A DNA stretch of 64,000 nt from positions 416,001 through 480,000 of the forward strand of contig CBDBGZ010000009.1 in assembly GCA_965205425.1 (NCBI GenBank), given 5' to 3'. The position numbers were made by a program, and so were the translations under genes. Source of the stretch: Nitrosopumilus sp. GTDB lineage: Archaea; Thermoproteota; Nitrososphaeria; Nitrososphaerales; Nitrosopumilaceae. The notes under the pieces were generated by a model. It ran no database searches. It saw only the letters and a program-made list of their open reading frames with translations, and had not been told where the DNA came from. Of the stretch, positions 62,361-64,000 are shown in pieces (position 1 is the stretch's first letter; every line of letters starts with the position of its first letter).

Positions 62361-63161
62361 ATGGAAGTATTAGAGATTCTTCGTGAAGCTTCAAACAGGA
62401 TTTATGAAAATGTAAAAGATCTTGCTGGAACAGATGATGCTGCGGGTGATTTTGGTGTTGGTGCAGGTGGAGATATTTCAAGAAACATAGACATTATTGC
62501 TGAAAAAACTGTTTTAGATTATCTTAAGGAAATTAATTTTGAGTGTATAGTATTAGGTGAAGAATGTGGGCGAGTAGAATTATCAGATAAACCAAAAGGA
62601 TTTGTAATAATGGATGCAATTGATGGTTCTGCAAATGCAGTTAGAGGTGTTCCTTTTTTCTGTAGCTCATTAGCATTTGCAACTGAAAATAAACTAAGTT
62701 CAATTACAGATGGTGTAATTACAAATCTCTCAAATGGAGAAATGTATTGGGCATCAGAAAATAAAGGGGCATTTTTTAACAATAATCAAATTAAAGTTCA
62801 TAAAAAAGATCCAATCTACAAAATAGTTGGAATTAACACATCAGGAGCATCAATTGAACTGATGAATAAACTACATCCAATTTTTGAAAATCATAATCAC
62901 ACTAGACATTTTGGTGCAAATGCACTTGAAATGGCAATGTTTGCAAGAGGATTAATGGATATTTTTATTGATTTAAGAGATAAAATTAGAATTCAAGATA
63001 TTGCTGCAGGTTATGTAATTGTCAAAGAAGCTGGTGGTATGCTTTTAGATGCTGATTTGAATCCACTTGATGCGGATCTAAGTTATGAAACAAGGGTTTC
63101 TTTTATTGCATCTGCAAACCAGGAAATTCTTGATGAAATTATGTCACAAATCAATAAGTGA
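62361..63161 (+). CDS. Inositol monophosphatase / fructose-1,6-bisphosphatase
   Basis: GEE, DAIDGSAN and DIAAGYVIVKEAGG motifs. Confidence 0.9.
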   Translation: MEVLEILREASNRIYENVKDLAGTDDAAGDFGVGAGGDISRNIDIIAEKTVLDYLKEINFECIVLGEECGRVELSDKPKGFVIMDAIDGSANAVRGVPFFCSSLAFATENKLSSITDGVITNLSNGEMYWASENKGAFFNNNQIKVHKKDPIYKIVGINTSGASIELMNKLHPIFENHNHTRHFGANALEMAMFARGLMDIFIDLRDKIRIQDIAAGYVIVKEAGGMLLDADLNPLDADLSYETRVSFIASANQEILDEIMSQINK

Positions 63162-63293
63162 ATTTTTAGAATAAATAATTGAAAAATTACTAATAGTTTG
63201 ACATTTTATTTAACATTCTTGAGTTTTCAATAGATCTTAGAGATAGATGCTAAGAGAAATATATTTAACCAAAGTCAAGAAAAAACTTCTTGT

Positions 63294-64000
63294 ATGGTAA
63301 CTGAGATGAAAGCAAAGGTCGTCTATAGGGAGTTACTCAAAGAAGATTTAGTGATTATTAGATTAGTTCCAGAAAAAGGAATGCCAGAATACAAAACAGG
63401 TCAATTTTTGACGATTGGTCTTCCAATTCCTGCAGAGAAAAAAGTTGTTAGACGAGCATATTCTATTGCATCACATGCAGAAAATAGAGATTATTTTGAA
63501 TTTGTAATTAGATGGGTAAGAAAACCACTTCCAGGTCGTGTCACTACTGAATTATTTTATCTAAGCGTTGGAGACGAAGTTTCTCTAGGTGATCCAACTG
63601 GAGCTGCATTACAAATTAGTGATAAATTACCAAATGGACAAAAAGATAATAGACGAATAATTTGTGTAGGTGGTGGTACAGGATTAGCGCCATTTATTGC
63701 ATTTGCAAAACATTTTCACGATACTAATGATAAACGAGAAGTAGTTGTTTTACATGGTGCAAGTTATGTTGATGAATTAAGCTATAAACGATTATTGACA
63801 GATTTAGAATTAGAAAGCGAAAAGAATGGAAGAGATAGATGGAATTTCAGATATAGAGCAGCAATTAGTAGACCAAAAGAATTTTTCAATAGATCTTGGA
63901 ATGGTCATGTAGGTAGAGTTGAATCATTCTTCAAGCCTGATAAAAAATCTGGATTATCACCTGTAGAAGAAATGGTAGGTGAAGAATTAACTCCAGAAAA
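63294..64000 (+). CDS. Ferredoxin-NADP+ reductase family protein (runs off the window)
   Basis: Manual translation MVTEMKAKV...GQFLTIGL...RRAYSIAS...GGGTGLAPF. Confidence 0.85.
   Translation, partial: MVTEMKAKVVYRELLKEDLVIIRLVPEKGMPEYKTGQFLTIGLPIPAEKKVVRRAYSIASHAENRDYFEFVIRWVRKPLPGRVTTELFYLSVGDEVSLGDPTGAALQISDKLPNGQKDNRRIICVGGGTGLAPFIAFAKHFHDTNDKREVVVLHGASYVDELSYKRLLTDLELESEKNGRDRWNFRYRAAISRPKEFFNRSWNGHVGRVESFFKPDKKSGLSPVEEMVGEELTPE

Noticed and set aside
179..62782. Numerous 60-150 aa ORFs nested within or antisense to recognised genes
   Set aside because: Shadow frames without motifs
1..64000. CRISPR array, cas genes, integrase, reverse transcriptase
   Set aside because: No regularly spaced repeat-spacer array and no recognisable motifs for these proteins

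Overview
AT-rich archaeal DNA that looks like a Nitrosopumilus-type ammonia-oxidising thaumarchaeon (Nitrososphaerota). The evidence is a 3HP/4HB-cycle acetyl/propionyl-CoA carboxylase, an 11-subunit nuo operon lacking EFG, a transketolase-N/Rpe fusion and a stand-alone 5S rRNA. Core blocks (about 1-9.9 kb, 24.5-31.6 kb, 41.9-64 kb) flank two accessory regions. Region 1 (about 10-24.4 kb) holds IS debris, a truncated tRNA-Leu(CAG) with an upstream hairpin complementary to two of its arms, a Panacea-like/PIN toxin-antitoxin pair, and four co-oriented secreted-protein genes (including a serpin) separated by a fixed-spacing motif. Region 2 (31652-41851) is an island bounded by a 15-bp repeat of the tRNA(CAT) 3' end. 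It carries a twice-disrupted RNase J-like gene, a YhaM-like OB-HD nuclease, a perfect palindrome, a long hairpin, an odd tRNA-like gene (Ala-type G3:U70 acceptor, AAG anticodon) and a nested IS stack. Thirteen IS copies or fragments cover about 14 kb (about 22%). All calls come from reading the sequence by eye; no searches were run.
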